From a virus (taxonomy: Duplodnaviria; Caudoviricetes), in IMG/VR virus record IMGVR_UViG_3300031088_000008, positions 256,001-320,000 of that record: a stretch of 64,000 bases of DNA. One strand, 5' to 3'. Positions 18,407-27,686 of the stretch are shown here, piece by piece. Position 1 is the stretch's first letter, and each line of letters opens with the position of its first letter. Below the pieces are notes generated by a model. It was not told where the DNA came from and did no database searches. It saw only the letters and a program-made list of their open reading frames with translations. The translations under genes were made by a program, and so were the position numbers.

Positions 18407-18841
18407 ATGGTGTGGGCTGTATTCCAAGACCATCGCGGTGTTCTACATTGCGAGCGCGTCAATGAGGGAATCCAGTGCTGGACCAAAGTTATTCCGGTGC
18501 GGCCCGAGATTCGTAGCTTTCTGGGTCGTGTAATTCAAAAGGGCCGCCAGGAAGAGACGCTTCTCCACACGGTGTTCCTGGAAAAGTTCTACGATCGGAA
18601 GGACTACACCGACAACGCTTTTGAACCCGCTGGTGAAGGCTACACGCTGGATCCTATGATGCGCTACATGAAGACCAACAAGTGGGGTCCCGTGAAGATT
18701 ATGGCGTTCATAAAATGTGACACCACAGGCCAGATACTGCATAGTAAGTTCAAAGCCTTTGAGCCGTTCTCTGAAAGCCAGGGACCCCGGCCGGGCAATG
18801 ATCGACTGGTAGCAATGGTGCATCAGTTGTCGGAGATTTGA
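18407..18841 (+). CDS. hypothetical protein
   Basis: GAGG RBS, operon position. Confidence 0.65.
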   Translation: MVWAVFQDHRGVLHCERVNEGIQCWTKVIPVRPEIRSFLGRVIQKGRQEETLLHTVFLEKFYDRKDYTDNAFEPAGEGYTLDPMMRYMKTNKWGPVKIMAFIKCDTTGQILHSKFKAFEPFSESQGPRPGNDRLVAMVHQLSEI

Positions 18842-18842
18842 T

Positions 18843-19058
18843 GTGGACGCTTTCGTGGGACTTGCTTTCTTATTCGTCGCAGTTTGCATCGTGTGTACCT
18901 TTGTAGTCGTAGGCCTCGCCCTCCTCATTGGTCTCCTGATGCTCATCGGAAAGCTGATTGTCTGGATGGCCTACCTTGGTGTGGTGTTCATTGCCCTGGC
19001 ATTAGTCAGCTGGATCGCGGTTAGTTCATGGCAAGTATTTCGCGACTACTTTTCATAA
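18843..19058 (+). CDS. small hydrophobic membrane protein
   Basis: Almost entirely hydrophobic, GGAG RBS. Confidence 0.65.
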   Translation: MDAFVGLAFLFVAVCIVCTFVVVGLALLIGLLMLIGKLIVWMAYLGVVFIALALVSWIAVSSWQVFRDYFS

Positions 19059-19738
19059 CCGGCACGTTCCTTGCAAGCCCAGTGGCTGCACAGGAACTCA
19101 AGCCACTTTGTCCCGATCGTGGGGCGTTTCAACCCTGCACCGTTGATCCCGGACACATTCAAGTTGAGATTGGTCTCCTTGACTGGTTCCAGGATGCCGA
19201 TGATACCCGTATGATCGCCGATGCGGTTGTCCGGCTGGGACTGGATGACACATCGGAAGTTCAGCTGGCCATGAGCCCCATGGTGCGTAAGAGCTTTGCT
19301 CAGGGTCGTGGTGATCTCCGCCTAAGCTACCGGAAGCGTCTTGTAGAAGGCGACTTCAGCCTAGCAGTCCAGCCCAGTCTCCAGTTGCCAACGGGTTCTC
19401 AGGGGCTCTCTGGTGATCGGTTGATCCCCGGAATTGCCATTGGGAGCACCTACGATCTAACTCCCAGCACTCAATTCTATCTCACGCCCTATGCGGTCAA
19501 GGGTCAGAATCTGCTCGGAGGCACATTTCTAGGTGTCAATCAGATCGTCCATGGTCCACTGGGTGCTTCGGCCGAGGTGATGTTTCAGCATCAAAAGGGC
19601 GAAACGCAGAGCAGTGCGGACTTCACTCTCACTTATACAGTAGGTAGTAGGATGGAGTTCGACACTTCAGCGAACTTCGGTCTAACTAGGCAAACTCCCG
19701 CTGTTGAACTTGTAGTTGGAGTAACGCGTCGCTTCTAG
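19028..19738 (+). CDS. outer-membrane beta-barrel ('transporter', MetA-pathway of phenol degradation-like)
   Basis: Signal peptide (ASPVAAQE), LCPDR...PCTVDPGHIQVE motif, alternating beta strands, C-terminal F. Confidence 0.75.
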   Translation: MASISRLLFITGTFLASPVAAQELKPLCPDRGAFQPCTVDPGHIQVEIGLLDWFQDADDTRMIADAVVRLGLDDTSEVQLAMSPMVRKSFAQGRGDLRLSYRKRLVEGDFSLAVQPSLQLPTGSQGLSGDRLIPGIAIGSTYDLTPSTQFYLTPYAVKGQNLLGGTFLGVNQIVHGPLGASAEVMFQHQKGETQSSADFTLTYTVGSRMEFDTSANFGLTRQTPAVELVVGVTRRF

Positions 19739-19784
19739 TGTGAAGTGTGGGGAATCGCAGAATTCTGCGGCTCTGAGGAGTAGA

Positions 19785-19909
19785 CACTTACAAGGGCACT
19801 TACAAGGGCACTTACAAGGGCACTTACAAGGGCACTTACAAGGGCACTTACAAGGGCACTTACAAGGGCACTTACAAGGGCACTTACAAGGGCACTTACA
19901 AGGGCACTT
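19785..19909. repeat. perfect tandem repeat, 10 x CACTTACAAGGG plus CACTT
   Basis: Directly visible; intergenic, no spacers. Confidence 0.98.
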
Positions 19910-19954
19910 CAACATAGTTGTTGACAAGTTGCTAATTTCAGTTAGTTGATGTGC

Positions 19955-20027
19955 AGTTGATGTTGACCTTGGTTGGCCACTGACATCAGTATTCAAAGGC
20001 GGTTGCTTCGGCGGCCGCCTTTTTTCT
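19955..20027 (+). ncRNA. putative small antisense RNA
   Basis: TTGACA at 19921; hairpin TGATGT/ACATCA with loop TTGGTTGGCCAC complementary to 20091-20102; terminator 19995-20026. Confidence 0.55.
19995..20026 (+). terminator. intrinsic terminator
   Basis: AAAGGCGGTTGC-TTCG-GCGGCCGCCTTTTTT. Confidence 0.85.
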
Positions 20028-20158
20028 TGCCTGAGCACTCTTTTTCTGCTTGACGCGAGTAGAACACGGTTACATTAAGGACAGCGCAAGGTGGCCAACC
20101 AAAACACTTTGTAAAAAGTAAAGCAAGCAACGTGCTTGCTACAGAAAAGGTTAACGTT

Positions 20159-20761
20159 ATGAAGAACACTCGCTTTGAAACCGGCTGCAATCTCCCGGGT
20201 CTGGAATCGCTCGTCATTGGGCAGTATGGCGCCTCGCTGTCGAAGAACAACAACCAGACGCCGGCCATGATGGTGCTGCTCTTCACGTTCGATACTGCGG
20301 AGGAGCGCAACAAATATCGGTATGTTCGCATCGAACAGGCCGGTGAGGGATATCTGGCCCGCCTGATGCAGAATCGTGCTCCAGGCTATCTGAGCAAGGG
20401 AGAAACTGCCGCAGTAAAACTCGGCGACTACAATAACTCCACTCGCCAGGCGTCTGCAGGTCGCGCGCAGAGCTGGCTGGGCCTCGATGATGTGATGTCC
20501 GAAATGGGCAAGAACACTGCGGTCATCAGCTGCATCAGCGAAGCGTATGATGACTACCAGGGCAACGGTCCGGAGATGCACGTCTACTTTACCGTTGAAG
20601 CAGTTCGCAACGTTTCGGAAACCACGACCACTGAGCCGCTTCTGGATTCGCTCCCGGCTGCTGAAAAGTTCATCATTGACATGAGCCTCCCAGCCGACGT
20701 GATCGCAAAGCTTCTGGATGTTGCCAAGATCAAGGGACAGGTTCCCGAATACCAGTTCTAA
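20159..20761 (+). CDS. hypothetical protein with long structured leader
   Basis: Promoter TTGACG-17-TACATT at 20050-20077; AAAAGG RBS; ATG 20159. Confidence 0.75.
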   Translation: MKNTRFETGCNLPGLESLVIGQYGASLSKNNNQTPAMMVLLFTFDTAEERNKYRYVRIEQAGEGYLARLMQNRAPGYLSKGETAAVKLGDYNNSTRQASAGRAQSWLGLDDVMSEMGKNTAVISCISEAYDDYQGNGPEMHVYFTVEAVRNVSETTTTEPLLDSLPAAEKFIIDMSLPADVIAKLLDVAKIKGQVPEYQF

Positions 20762-20827
20762 AATCCTGGTTGACACCGGCCACCAGTCTGCTAGGACTGG
20801 TGGCGTAGGTGCAACAGGAGATCGAAA

Positions 20828-21076
20828 ATGGCAGCGCGTCTTATTAGCATGGAAGAGATGAAGTCGATGGTGGATCGCATGTGCGACCCCACGCTCGATG
20901 GTGAGGGTCTCATCCGCGTAATGAACGAAGCTGCCCGCGCAGTTGGTGTCGACAATCGCCGCCGAGTTTCCATCAAGGAAAACTCCCACCGGGTTGCGGT
21001 ACGCAACGCATCCGCAACCGGCGATCTCGCGGAACTCCGCCGACTGGCAAACAAAAATCTCACGGGCCGCCGCTAA
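20828..21076 (+). CDS. hypothetical protein
   Basis: Promoter 20766-20804, AGGAGATCGAA. Confidence 0.75.
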   Translation: MAARLISMEEMKSMVDRMCDPTLDGEGLIRVMNEAARAVGVDNRRRVSIKENSHRVAVRNASATGDLAELRRLANKNLTGRR

Positions 21077-21210
21077 TGGAGGAGCAGATCAAAGCTCTGA
21101 TCACCAAGTGGCGTGAGCAGTCCGATTATAGCTGGAGCATTGGTGACGATGGTGCAGGTCGTGCATGGTCTGAAGCCGCTGACCAGTTGGAAGAGGAGTT
21201 GAACGCATGA
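21076..21210 (+). CDS. small hypothetical protein (44 aa, not in track)
   Basis: TAATG coupling; MEEQIKALITKWREQ...AADQLEEELNA. Confidence 0.6.
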   Translation: MEEQIKALITKWREQSDYSWSIGDDGAGRAWSEAADQLEEELNA

Positions 21211-21461
21211 AGGTGTTCGTACTCATGCGCCACTATCTGGAAGACTACAGTCATCCATTCAATGAACCCGAGCGCATCACGGAGTTCAAGGGCGTCTATG
21301 CAAGCCGCAAGGATGCCGACACGGCCAAGGATCGTGCCGATGAACGTGCCAAGCTGCCCAAGTATGCAAGGCTGCAAGAGCGCTACGTGGTTATCGAGAC
21401 GGACGTCCTCGGGCTGTTTCCCGAGGACACCGTGATCATGAGGCGTATGTCAGGCCTCTGA
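21207..21461 (+). CDS. hypothetical protein
   Basis: ATGA overlap, GAGGAG; MKVFVL...KGVYAS. Confidence 0.7.
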   Translation: MKVFVLMRHYLEDYSHPFNEPERITEFKGVYASRKDADTAKDRADERAKLPKYARLQERYVVIETDVLGLFPEDTVIMRRMSGL

Positions 21462-22079
21462 AACCTTCGCTGCTTCAAGTTCCGCAACAGTGATAACTCG
21501 TTCGGTCTTGACATCCTGCCCACCCCAAGTCAGCTTGAACAATAGGGCGTCCTTGGGGTCCTTGAAGTAAAAGTTACCGCGCGACCAGCCGCTCATCATG
21601 CAGCGTTCCTGGTCGTCGCCAAACTGTTCCTTGCACCAAGCCTGCATCTCACGAACGTTCTCGCTGCTGGTCTGCCAGTAGCTTAGTCGAGTGTGACTTA
21701 CCCGTAGGCACATCCTATACTTGCTGTAGAACAGTTGCTTTCGAGTGATCAGCTTGTCGTTGCTTTCCAGCATCTGAGTGTGCTCTTCACTCAGTGGCTT
21801 TTCCAGCACACTGATAAAGTCCTCACCAACTTGTTCCTTCAAGTATTCAAAGACCACTGGATCCTTGAAGAACACTGAGCATTGCTGGCTTTTGTGAACA
21901 TAGCTGTAGGTGCTTACCGTGCGCCAACCGCCGTCAGGAAAACGCTTGTTCAGCAGCCACTCCACTGTTTCAGCGGTTGGCTTGATTACTGGTTCCCGGT
22001 AGCCACTAGTCCTTGCATTGATGACCAGGCGGTGGTCATACTTCTTGTAATAGATCTTCTTTGTAAACTGAGTTTCCAT
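21450..22079 (-). CDS. two-module DAxxFKL-family protein
   Basis: VFFKDP in module 1; AWCKEQFG...FYFKDPKDALLFKLTWG in module 2. Confidence 0.8.
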   Translation of the reverse strand: METQFTKKIYYKKYDHRLVINARTSGYREPVIKPTAETVEWLLNKRFPDGGWRTVSTYSYVHKSQQCSVFFKDPVVFEYLKEQVGEDFISVLEKPLSEEHTQMLESNDKLITRKQLFYSKYRMCLRVSHTRLSYWQTSSENVREMQAWCKEQFGDDQERCMMSGWSRGNFYFKDPKDALLFKLTWGGQDVKTERVITVAELEAAKVSEA

Positions 22080-22087
22080 CGAGCCTC

Positions 22088-22348
22088 CTACAGCGACAAA
22101 CGTAAAAGCGTCGCGTCTCGATCGTCGTAGGCTATGATGTGGGCTTCCAGATCAGTCTTCCCATAGACATCACTGGGAAAGAACTTGGGATACCAAGCTA
22201 CTGGTTTGTTCCACTTGGTGTCTTTGAGCCTCGTTATCAGCTCTACATATTCCTCGCCGTCCACGTCAATAATCCAGTGGTGGGCGGTCTCGTTGCCATA
22301 TGCAAACGCAAGGGTGCTACCAGGTTCGGCATAGGTCTTGATCTTCAT
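22088..22348 (-). CDS. DAxxFKL-family small protein
   Basis: ends YDDRDATLLRLSL. Confidence 0.7.
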   Translation of the reverse strand: MKIKTYAEPGSTLAFAYGNETAHHWIIDVDGEEYVELITRLKDTKWNKPVAWYPKFFPSDVYGKTDLEAHIIAYDDRDATLLRLSL

Positions 22349-22387
22349 GCAGTGACATTACGCGGGCATAACCCTGCGCGTCACTAT

Positions 22388-22699
22388 TCACATGGACAGT
22401 TTGAACCGGAGCGCGTCACCGGGATCTTTGAAGCAGAACTTCTTCTCGTGGATGATCGTCATGTTGCTGACAACCGAGGACTTCTTGCCTTGCTTGATCA
22501 TGGACAAGATAAAGGAAGTCATGTTGCCACTAGCGGGAGAACCATCGGGCAGGAATGCCTTGGTGACCACTGGATAGTCCATTACCCACATGGTCGCACT
22601 GGTCTTGACCCATTGCTCAGCTTTAGCGATCTCTTCCGCGGATCCTTCGATGTGGATCCACGTGAGCTCGTCCACCTTTTGCATCCGGGTAAAGCGCAT
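22388..22699 (-). CDS. DAxxFKL-family small protein
   Basis: ends FCFKDPGDALRFKLSM. Confidence 0.75.
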   Translation of the reverse strand: MRFTRMQKVDELTWIHIEGSAEEIAKAEQWVKTSATMWVMDYPVVTKAFLPDGSPASGNMTSFILSMIKQGKKSSVVSNMTIIHEKKFCFKDPGDALRFKLSM

Positions 22700-22959
22700 C
22701 AGTAACTCAACTTGAAGAGAGTGGCGTCCTGTTTGCAGTAAAAGACGAATGCCATGTAGTGAGGACGATCAGCAAACGGTCCCGAGTAGTCGTGGCGACC
22801 ACTGCTGGGCTCGGCTAGACCCACTTCCACCTTTTCGGACCACTGGCGCCCAAGGACTTGTTCCTTTACGGATTCCAGATCGCGCATCGTGCCCTCGCAC
22901 CATACCCAAGTGGATCCGTCGTTGGACCAGTTGCTCATCGTGCTTTTGAAAGTGACCAC
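22699..22959 (-). CDS. DAxxFKL-family small protein
   Basis: ends FVFYCKQDATLFKLSY. Confidence 0.7.
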   Translation of the reverse strand: MVTFKSTMSNWSNDGSTWVWCEGTMRDLESVKEQVLGRQWSEKVEVGLAEPSSGRHDYSGPFADRPHYMAFVFYCKQDATLFKLSY

Positions 22960-23036
22960 AGATGCTTCTTCCGTTACTCAAATGGGTGGGGAGCAACCCT
23001 CGCTGCTCCCCTTGGTCTTGACGTTTCCTTGACTGC

Positions 23037-24305
23037 TTACCAGTCGGAGCCACCACCGCCACCGCCCGAAGAGCCACCGCTGTCGTAGCTGGGTGAAGGG
23101 CTGGAGTAGTCGCTGCTGGACGACGAGCTGCTACCACCCCAGCTGGAACTGCTCGAACTTGCTGCTGCGGCAGCCGCTGCATCACGCGACCGGCGATCAT
23201 CGTCATCGCGCTGGCGCTGGCGGCGATCCTCGTCATCACGATCCTGCTGGCGCTTTCGGTCGCGTCGCCGCTGTTCCTCGGCCGCCGCTGCCAGTGCTGC
23301 CGCTGATGGCCCAGTATCGCGCTTGGGAGGAGCGGGTGGCGGGCTGTAGTTGCGCGCTGCCGTTGGCGTCCTGCCGACCGACGGCGAGGGCTTGGTGAAC
23401 GTTTCCCGAACTCGCTCCACGACCGTTGGCTTGGGCTTTGCTGCCTCGGCTGCACGAGCGGCCGCTGCGATTGCCTCATCCTTTTTGCGCTGAATGTCCC
23501 GCGCTACGGATGCCAGCTTGTACTGGACTGTTTCATTGCTGGGATCGAGTTCCAGCGCCTGCTGGTACTTGAGTTGTGCGTTGATCAGGTCGTCCCTGTA
23601 TTCATAAGTCTTGCCATCGCTGATCAGACCGTTGATGCGGAGCAGAAGCGCCTTGGCCTTTAGATGCTTGGGACGCTGGATGAACAAGTAGAATGCCAGC
23701 CAGGCCAGACCGAGGACCAGGAAGATCGCCAGAATGGTAAGCCACGTGTCGCTGCTCTCGGCCTTTTCCACCGCCGTCTGCGTACCAGGAGCCGTTGCTG
23801 CCAGCTGCTGGGGCGTGACCACTTCCTTGGTGATCGTCGTGCCGATTTGATCGACGCCTTGGCTGATTGCTGCCCCGTAGTCGCCGGCCTTCATCACCGG
23901 CTTCATCGCCTCTGTGATCTCCACCGACCTAGCATCCGTGAGCTCGCCTTCCAGACCATAGCCGGGAACGATCTGGAGCCGCCGTGGATTGCTCATGCTG
24001 ACCAGAAGCAGGACGCCATCGTTTCGCGTCCGGTTGCCGATCTTATAGTAGCGGAAGGCGTTGTTGCCGTACTCGACGCCACTGTAACCCTCCATCGTGG
24101 GAGTGGTCAGAACGACGATGTGGTGATGAGTCGCGTCATAGATCTGCCGCGTCTGCGCCTCGAGAGCAGCTTCCTGCGCGTCATCGAGGATGTTGGCTCC
24201 ATCGACCACACTTTTGGTGGGATCAAGGGGCGGGGGATTGGGGATTTCAGCAAAGGCCGGCGTCGTCAGCGCGAGCGCGGCCATTGCAAGTAGAATCCGC
24301 TTCAT
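23037..24305 (-). CDS. TPM (YgcG-like) domain membrane protein with TPR-like segment and Gly/Ser tail
   Basis: Signal peptide, VVDGANIL, IG...NDGVLLLV, I.PGYGLEG.LTD, TM, YQQALELDP, GGSSGGGGGGSDW. Confidence 0.9.
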   Translation of the reverse strand: MKRILLAMAALALTTPAFAEIPNPPPLDPTKSVVDGANILDDAQEAALEAQTRQIYDATHHHIVVLTTPTMEGYSGVEYGNNAFRYYKIGNRTRNDGVLLLVSMSNPRRLQIVPGYGLEGELTDARSVEITEAMKPVMKAGDYGAAISQGVDQIGTTITKEVVTPQQLAATAPGTQTAVEKAESSDTWLTILAIFLVLGLAWLAFYLFIQRPKHLKAKALLLRINGLISDGKTYEYRDDLINAQLKYQQALELDPSNETVQYKLASVARDIQRKKDEAIAAAARAAEAAKPKPTVVERVRETFTKPSPSVGRTPTAARNYSPPPAPPKRDTGPSAAALAAAAEEQRRRDRKRQQDRDDEDRRQRQRDDDDRRSRDAAAAAAASSSSSSWGGSSSSSSSDYSSPSPSYDSGGSSGGGGGGSDW

Positions 24306-24367
24306 AGTGGTCTCCTGGTTGCCTAACTGTAACCAGCATTAGCACCAGGGTTCCACAAATCAACCGC

Positions 24368-24595
24368 TTATATGATAGCCAGACGAAACATCATCGCTTC
24401 CTTGGGATCCGTGAAGCTGTAGCTGGTCTGGAAGGTTTGCACACCATCTTTGAGTATGGCTAACAATGGATTGCCCGCTATCATGCTCATTGAGATCTTC
24501 CAGAAGCGTTGTTCCAACTCCTCTAGTTCCTCCCGCGAGCCACGTACTTTGAAAACGTGGTCGGGTGGATTCTCAAAATAGTGGGCAAGTTCCAT
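24368..24595 (-). CDS. DAxxFKL-family small protein
   Basis: ends YSFTDPKEAMMFRLAII. Confidence 0.7.
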   Translation of the reverse strand: MELAHYFENPPDHVFKVRGSREELEELEQRFWKISMSMIAGNPLLAILKDGVQTFQTSYSFTDPKEAMMFRLAII

Positions 24596-24861
24596 TAGTC
24601 CCTGGGCTCCATGTATTCGGGACGGAGAACGATGATTTCCACACCATGCTTGTGGTTGTTCATATGGTGATGGTCCCACTTTTCCAGAATCTTTGCAGAT
24701 TCCTTCAAGTGCTTGGCAATCTTGCGGAGCATCTTGGGGTCAGCGAGAAAGCAAACCTCCTCCAGTTCAACTGGCTTGATGCCCTCTTCGCTGTCGCTGG
24801 TCCCAACGACATTGCCCCAGGCTTTCAGCGGTAGTCGTTCGGCCTTTTTCTTCTTGCCCAT
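24595..24861 (-). CDS. hypothetical protein
   Basis: TAATG coupling on both sides. Confidence 0.65.
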   Translation of the reverse strand: MGKKKKAERLPLKAWGNVVGTSDSEEGIKPVELEEVCFLADPKMLRKIAKHLKESAKILEKWDHHHMNNHKHGVEIIVLRPEYMEPRD

Positions 24862-25454
24862 TATGCTTCCTTCGTAAGTGGGGCCAACGTGTCGCGCATC
24901 AGAGCTGAAAGGGTATCCAGTTCCAAGACCGTTTGTATTGCGGACATGAGTTGACTCTTCAGGTCAACTATCTCCTGTGCCTTAAGCTGGGAGTTGGTTT
25001 TTTCCTCCTCCCACCATTTTTTATATCGCGCGACCAGAGCTGTCTGCTCATTTGTGTCAGCCTTATGAAGGGCTCGAAGTTCCTCGAGTGTGTGGGGAAC
25101 TTCTACATCGAGGCCTCCGATGCGAACCTGAGGAATGCCATCTTTATTCCTACCATTTTCGATAATATGATAGGCATCGAAAACGTAATGATCTAGCTTC
25201 TGGTTGGCCATATCAACGATTTTCCATTCGTTGATACACCATCTGCGATTTACTTCTCGGACGTAGACATTGCTACTGTACTGACCTGGCCACCTAATAC
25301 CCAGACCTGGCCGACCTGGCCAACCACCAACCTTCCGAATAAATCCGGCAAAGTGAAATTCATCTAAGGCAGCTTCTGGAGTAATCGCAAAATATAATCT
25401 GCGATCTCCCTTGGTGTTGGTGCACTCATATAGCTTGAACTCTTTGTCAGCCAT
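24861..25454 (-). CDS. hypothetical protein (lower GC)
   Basis: TAATG coupling; C-terminal coiled coil. Confidence 0.7.
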   Translation of the reverse strand: MADKEFKLYECTNTKGDRRLYFAITPEAALDEFHFAGFIRKVGGWPGRPGLGIRWPGQYSSNVYVREVNRRWCINEWKIVDMANQKLDHYVFDAYHIIENGRNKDGIPQVRIGGLDVEVPHTLEELRALHKADTNEQTALVARYKKWWEEEKTNSQLKAQEIVDLKSQLMSAIQTVLELDTLSALMRDTLAPLTKEA

Positions 25455-27274
25455 TATGCTTCCTTCCAACCCTCACCATCGAGGTAAGCCTTGACCTCGT
25501 CGAACAAGCCCTCGCTGCTGTAGCTGAAGCCCGTCTCGGGGTTCTCACCCTTCCGCTTGTGGATCATCTGCGTGATGTCGTCGATGTTCCAGTCGCCGCC
25601 CCACTCCTTGAGCACCTCGCTCAAGACATCACCGGGGAGGTCGATGGTCTCCAGCAAGTTGCCTTCACGATCCAGATAGCCCATCTGCATCACGATGCCC
25701 GTGAACTCCCGGCGGACGAACTTGTAGCCCAGTCCGGTGATCTGTGCATCGCGGGGACGATAGCGATCCGACCACGTGAGATCGAGGGGAAGGTTGGCCT
25801 TGTTGGCACTGAAGGTGTTCCAGACCTCGCCGCAGAACTCCGCCCACTTGTCGCCACTGTCGCTGTTGATGTAGGCACTGGCTGCACCCACCGGAGGAGC
25901 CGGTGGAACAACGGCCGGCGGTGCTGCTGGGAGTGGAGCAAAGCTGCCCGCCCTTGCATTCATGGACGCTGGGCCGACCATTGGACCGGGCGAGCCACCG
26001 CCCATGTGACCGCCACCAAAGCCCGGCGACATCGGAGGAGCAACGTAGGGCGGCGGTGCAGGAGCCACGATATCGTAGGGCGCGGGATATGCCTGATCAT
26101 CATCACGGATGCTGACGTACTGGTCATCCTCGTCCATGTCCAGCACCGCTGCCAGATAATCGCTGAGATCCTCGTCCTGTGCGGCGAAGAAGTCGATCAG
26201 GGGATTGCTCGATCCATCGTCGTAGATCTCATAGAGCAGCCAGATTGCGTGACTGCGCTCGATTTCGATTTCGTCGACGCCGGACTGGAACTGCCTGTTG
26301 ATCGCCGCGTCATCGTCCCACGTGGAGTTGGCCTGATCCAAGCCCTGAAGGCCCATGATCCGCTGACTGATGAACGCTGCCTGTGCTGCCGGCTGAAGAT
26401 TGACCAGTTCTGGATAGCCACCGCTCATGATGGGCATCGCGGCCTGCATTCCAGGGCTGTTGAAGAGACCAGAGGGCGGAAGCGGAGGGACACCGCCCAG
26501 CGGCTGCATGGCCGGAATATGGGTGCTGCCGATAGTCACGCCACCGGTTGCACCCAGGGAACCAGCCATCTGACCGATAGCCGCCATCATCGCGGCCTGC
26601 TGTGCCTGATGCGTCGCGGCCTGCGCGGCTGCAACCTGTCCGGGATTCTTGTTGGCAAACCGGGTGATCGTGCTCGCCGGAGTGCTGCTCGAAGCCGGCT
26701 GAAGCGGTGCGCTGTAGTTGGGGTCGAGGACCGCAGGAACGATCGAGAGATCAGGACCGGGAGCCGGCGTGGTTGGCGCCTTGTGTGCCATCAGCCAGTC
26801 GGTCAGCTCACGCGAGAACTTGAAGCCGGCCTTCTTCAGCGTCATGTGGATCGTGAGTTCATTGTAGTCGTTCTTGCTGGCGATGAACTGATTCTCGCAT
26901 ACCTCATCGAGGTTCGCTGGAAGCCCCATCAGGGCGACCAGACCATCCTGCTGATGCTGGTCATACAGTTGAGCCGTCCGGAGAAAGCGATCGAGTGGTT
27001 CGAACGAAAGCACGAAGCTGCCGTCTTCGCCCAGATCTGCTGCGTCGCTGAACCCATAGATCCACTGATCCTTTTCCAGGATCTGGCAGTCTTCGTCGTC
27101 GCCCAGCGTATATACGGTGCGATTCAGCTTGGAGTTGTGGAACTCCCGGAAGTCATGCCCGCTTGCGAGAGTCCGCTTGTCGCGGCGCTTCCAGTCGGCG
27201 GCCTTGCTTCCCTTGACGTCCGTGCAATCGAAATAGTTGACGATTGCATCCTTGATATCGTCGCTTGCACTCAT
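25454..27274 (-). CDS. large multidomain protein with Pro/Ala/Met-rich linkers
   Basis: Promoter cassette plus AGGAGATCGG; 606 aa. Confidence 0.8.
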   Translation of the reverse strand: MSASDDIKDAIVNYFDCTDVKGSKAADWKRRDKRTLASGHDFREFHNSKLNRTVYTLGDDEDCQILEKDQWIYGFSDAADLGEDGSFVLSFEPLDRFLRTAQLYDQHQQDGLVALMGLPANLDEVCENQFIASKNDYNELTIHMTLKKAGFKFSRELTDWLMAHKAPTTPAPGPDLSIVPAVLDPNYSAPLQPASSSTPASTITRFANKNPGQVAAAQAATHQAQQAAMMAAIGQMAGSLGATGGVTIGSTHIPAMQPLGGVPPLPPSGLFNSPGMQAAMPIMSGGYPELVNLQPAAQAAFISQRIMGLQGLDQANSTWDDDAAINRQFQSGVDEIEIERSHAIWLLYEIYDDGSSNPLIDFFAAQDEDLSDYLAAVLDMDEDDQYVSIRDDDQAYPAPYDIVAPAPPPYVAPPMSPGFGGGHMGGGSPGPMVGPASMNARAGSFAPLPAAPPAVVPPAPPVGAASAYINSDSGDKWAEFCGEVWNTFSANKANLPLDLTWSDRYRPRDAQITGLGYKFVRREFTGIVMQMGYLDREGNLLETIDLPGDVLSEVLKEWGGDWNIDDITQMIHKRKGENPETGFSYSSEGLFDEVKAYLDGEGWKEA

Positions 27275-27326
27275 AGTGCCGATCTCCTGTTGATTCCCAG
27301 CTGGTGTAGCGCCAGGATCCTGTGTG

Positions 27327-27686
27327 TCAACCAAACATCGTTGATTCGCCGGGATCGGCTTGCTTGGTCTTGAGGTCCACGTAATCGATCACTGGGATCA
27401 TACGCTTTCGCTTGAACACCTGCTGGATCTCGATGCCGCCCTGATCAGCAAAGCCTTGAAGGAAGAGACTGCCTCGGCCAACCAGCTTTAAGACCACGTA
27501 AACGGATTCGGCGGGAATCCACTTGTACTCGATCACTTCCCAGGCAACCGGTTGCCCGTCGCTGTCCGCGGTCGTGACATTCATGCCAATTGGCTCAGGC
27601 TGCAGGCTCAGGAATACCCCGATGCGGCGGAGTTCCTCCGAGGGCATCTTTGCCGCAAGCTGTTCCTTGCTCCACAGTTCAATCAT
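27327..27686 (-). CDS. hypothetical protein
   Basis: GGAG RBS. Confidence 0.65.
   Translation of the reverse strand: MIELWSKEQLAAKMPSEELRRIGVFLSLQPEPIGMNVTTADSDGQPVAWEVIEYKWIPAESVYVVLKLVGRGSLFLQGFADQGGIEIQQVFKRKRMIPVIDYVDLKTKQADPGESTMFG

Noticed and set aside
19785-19909. CRISPR array
   Set aside because: 12-bp units are contiguous with no spacers, and no cas genes are present
19740-20038. (HLQG)n and (CKCP)n ORFs
   Set aside because: Translation artefacts of the 12-bp tandem repeat; no RBS
646-21000. Integron cassette array (attC sites)
   Set aside because: The repeats are promoters lacking RYYYAAC/GTTRRRY ends, and no integrase is present
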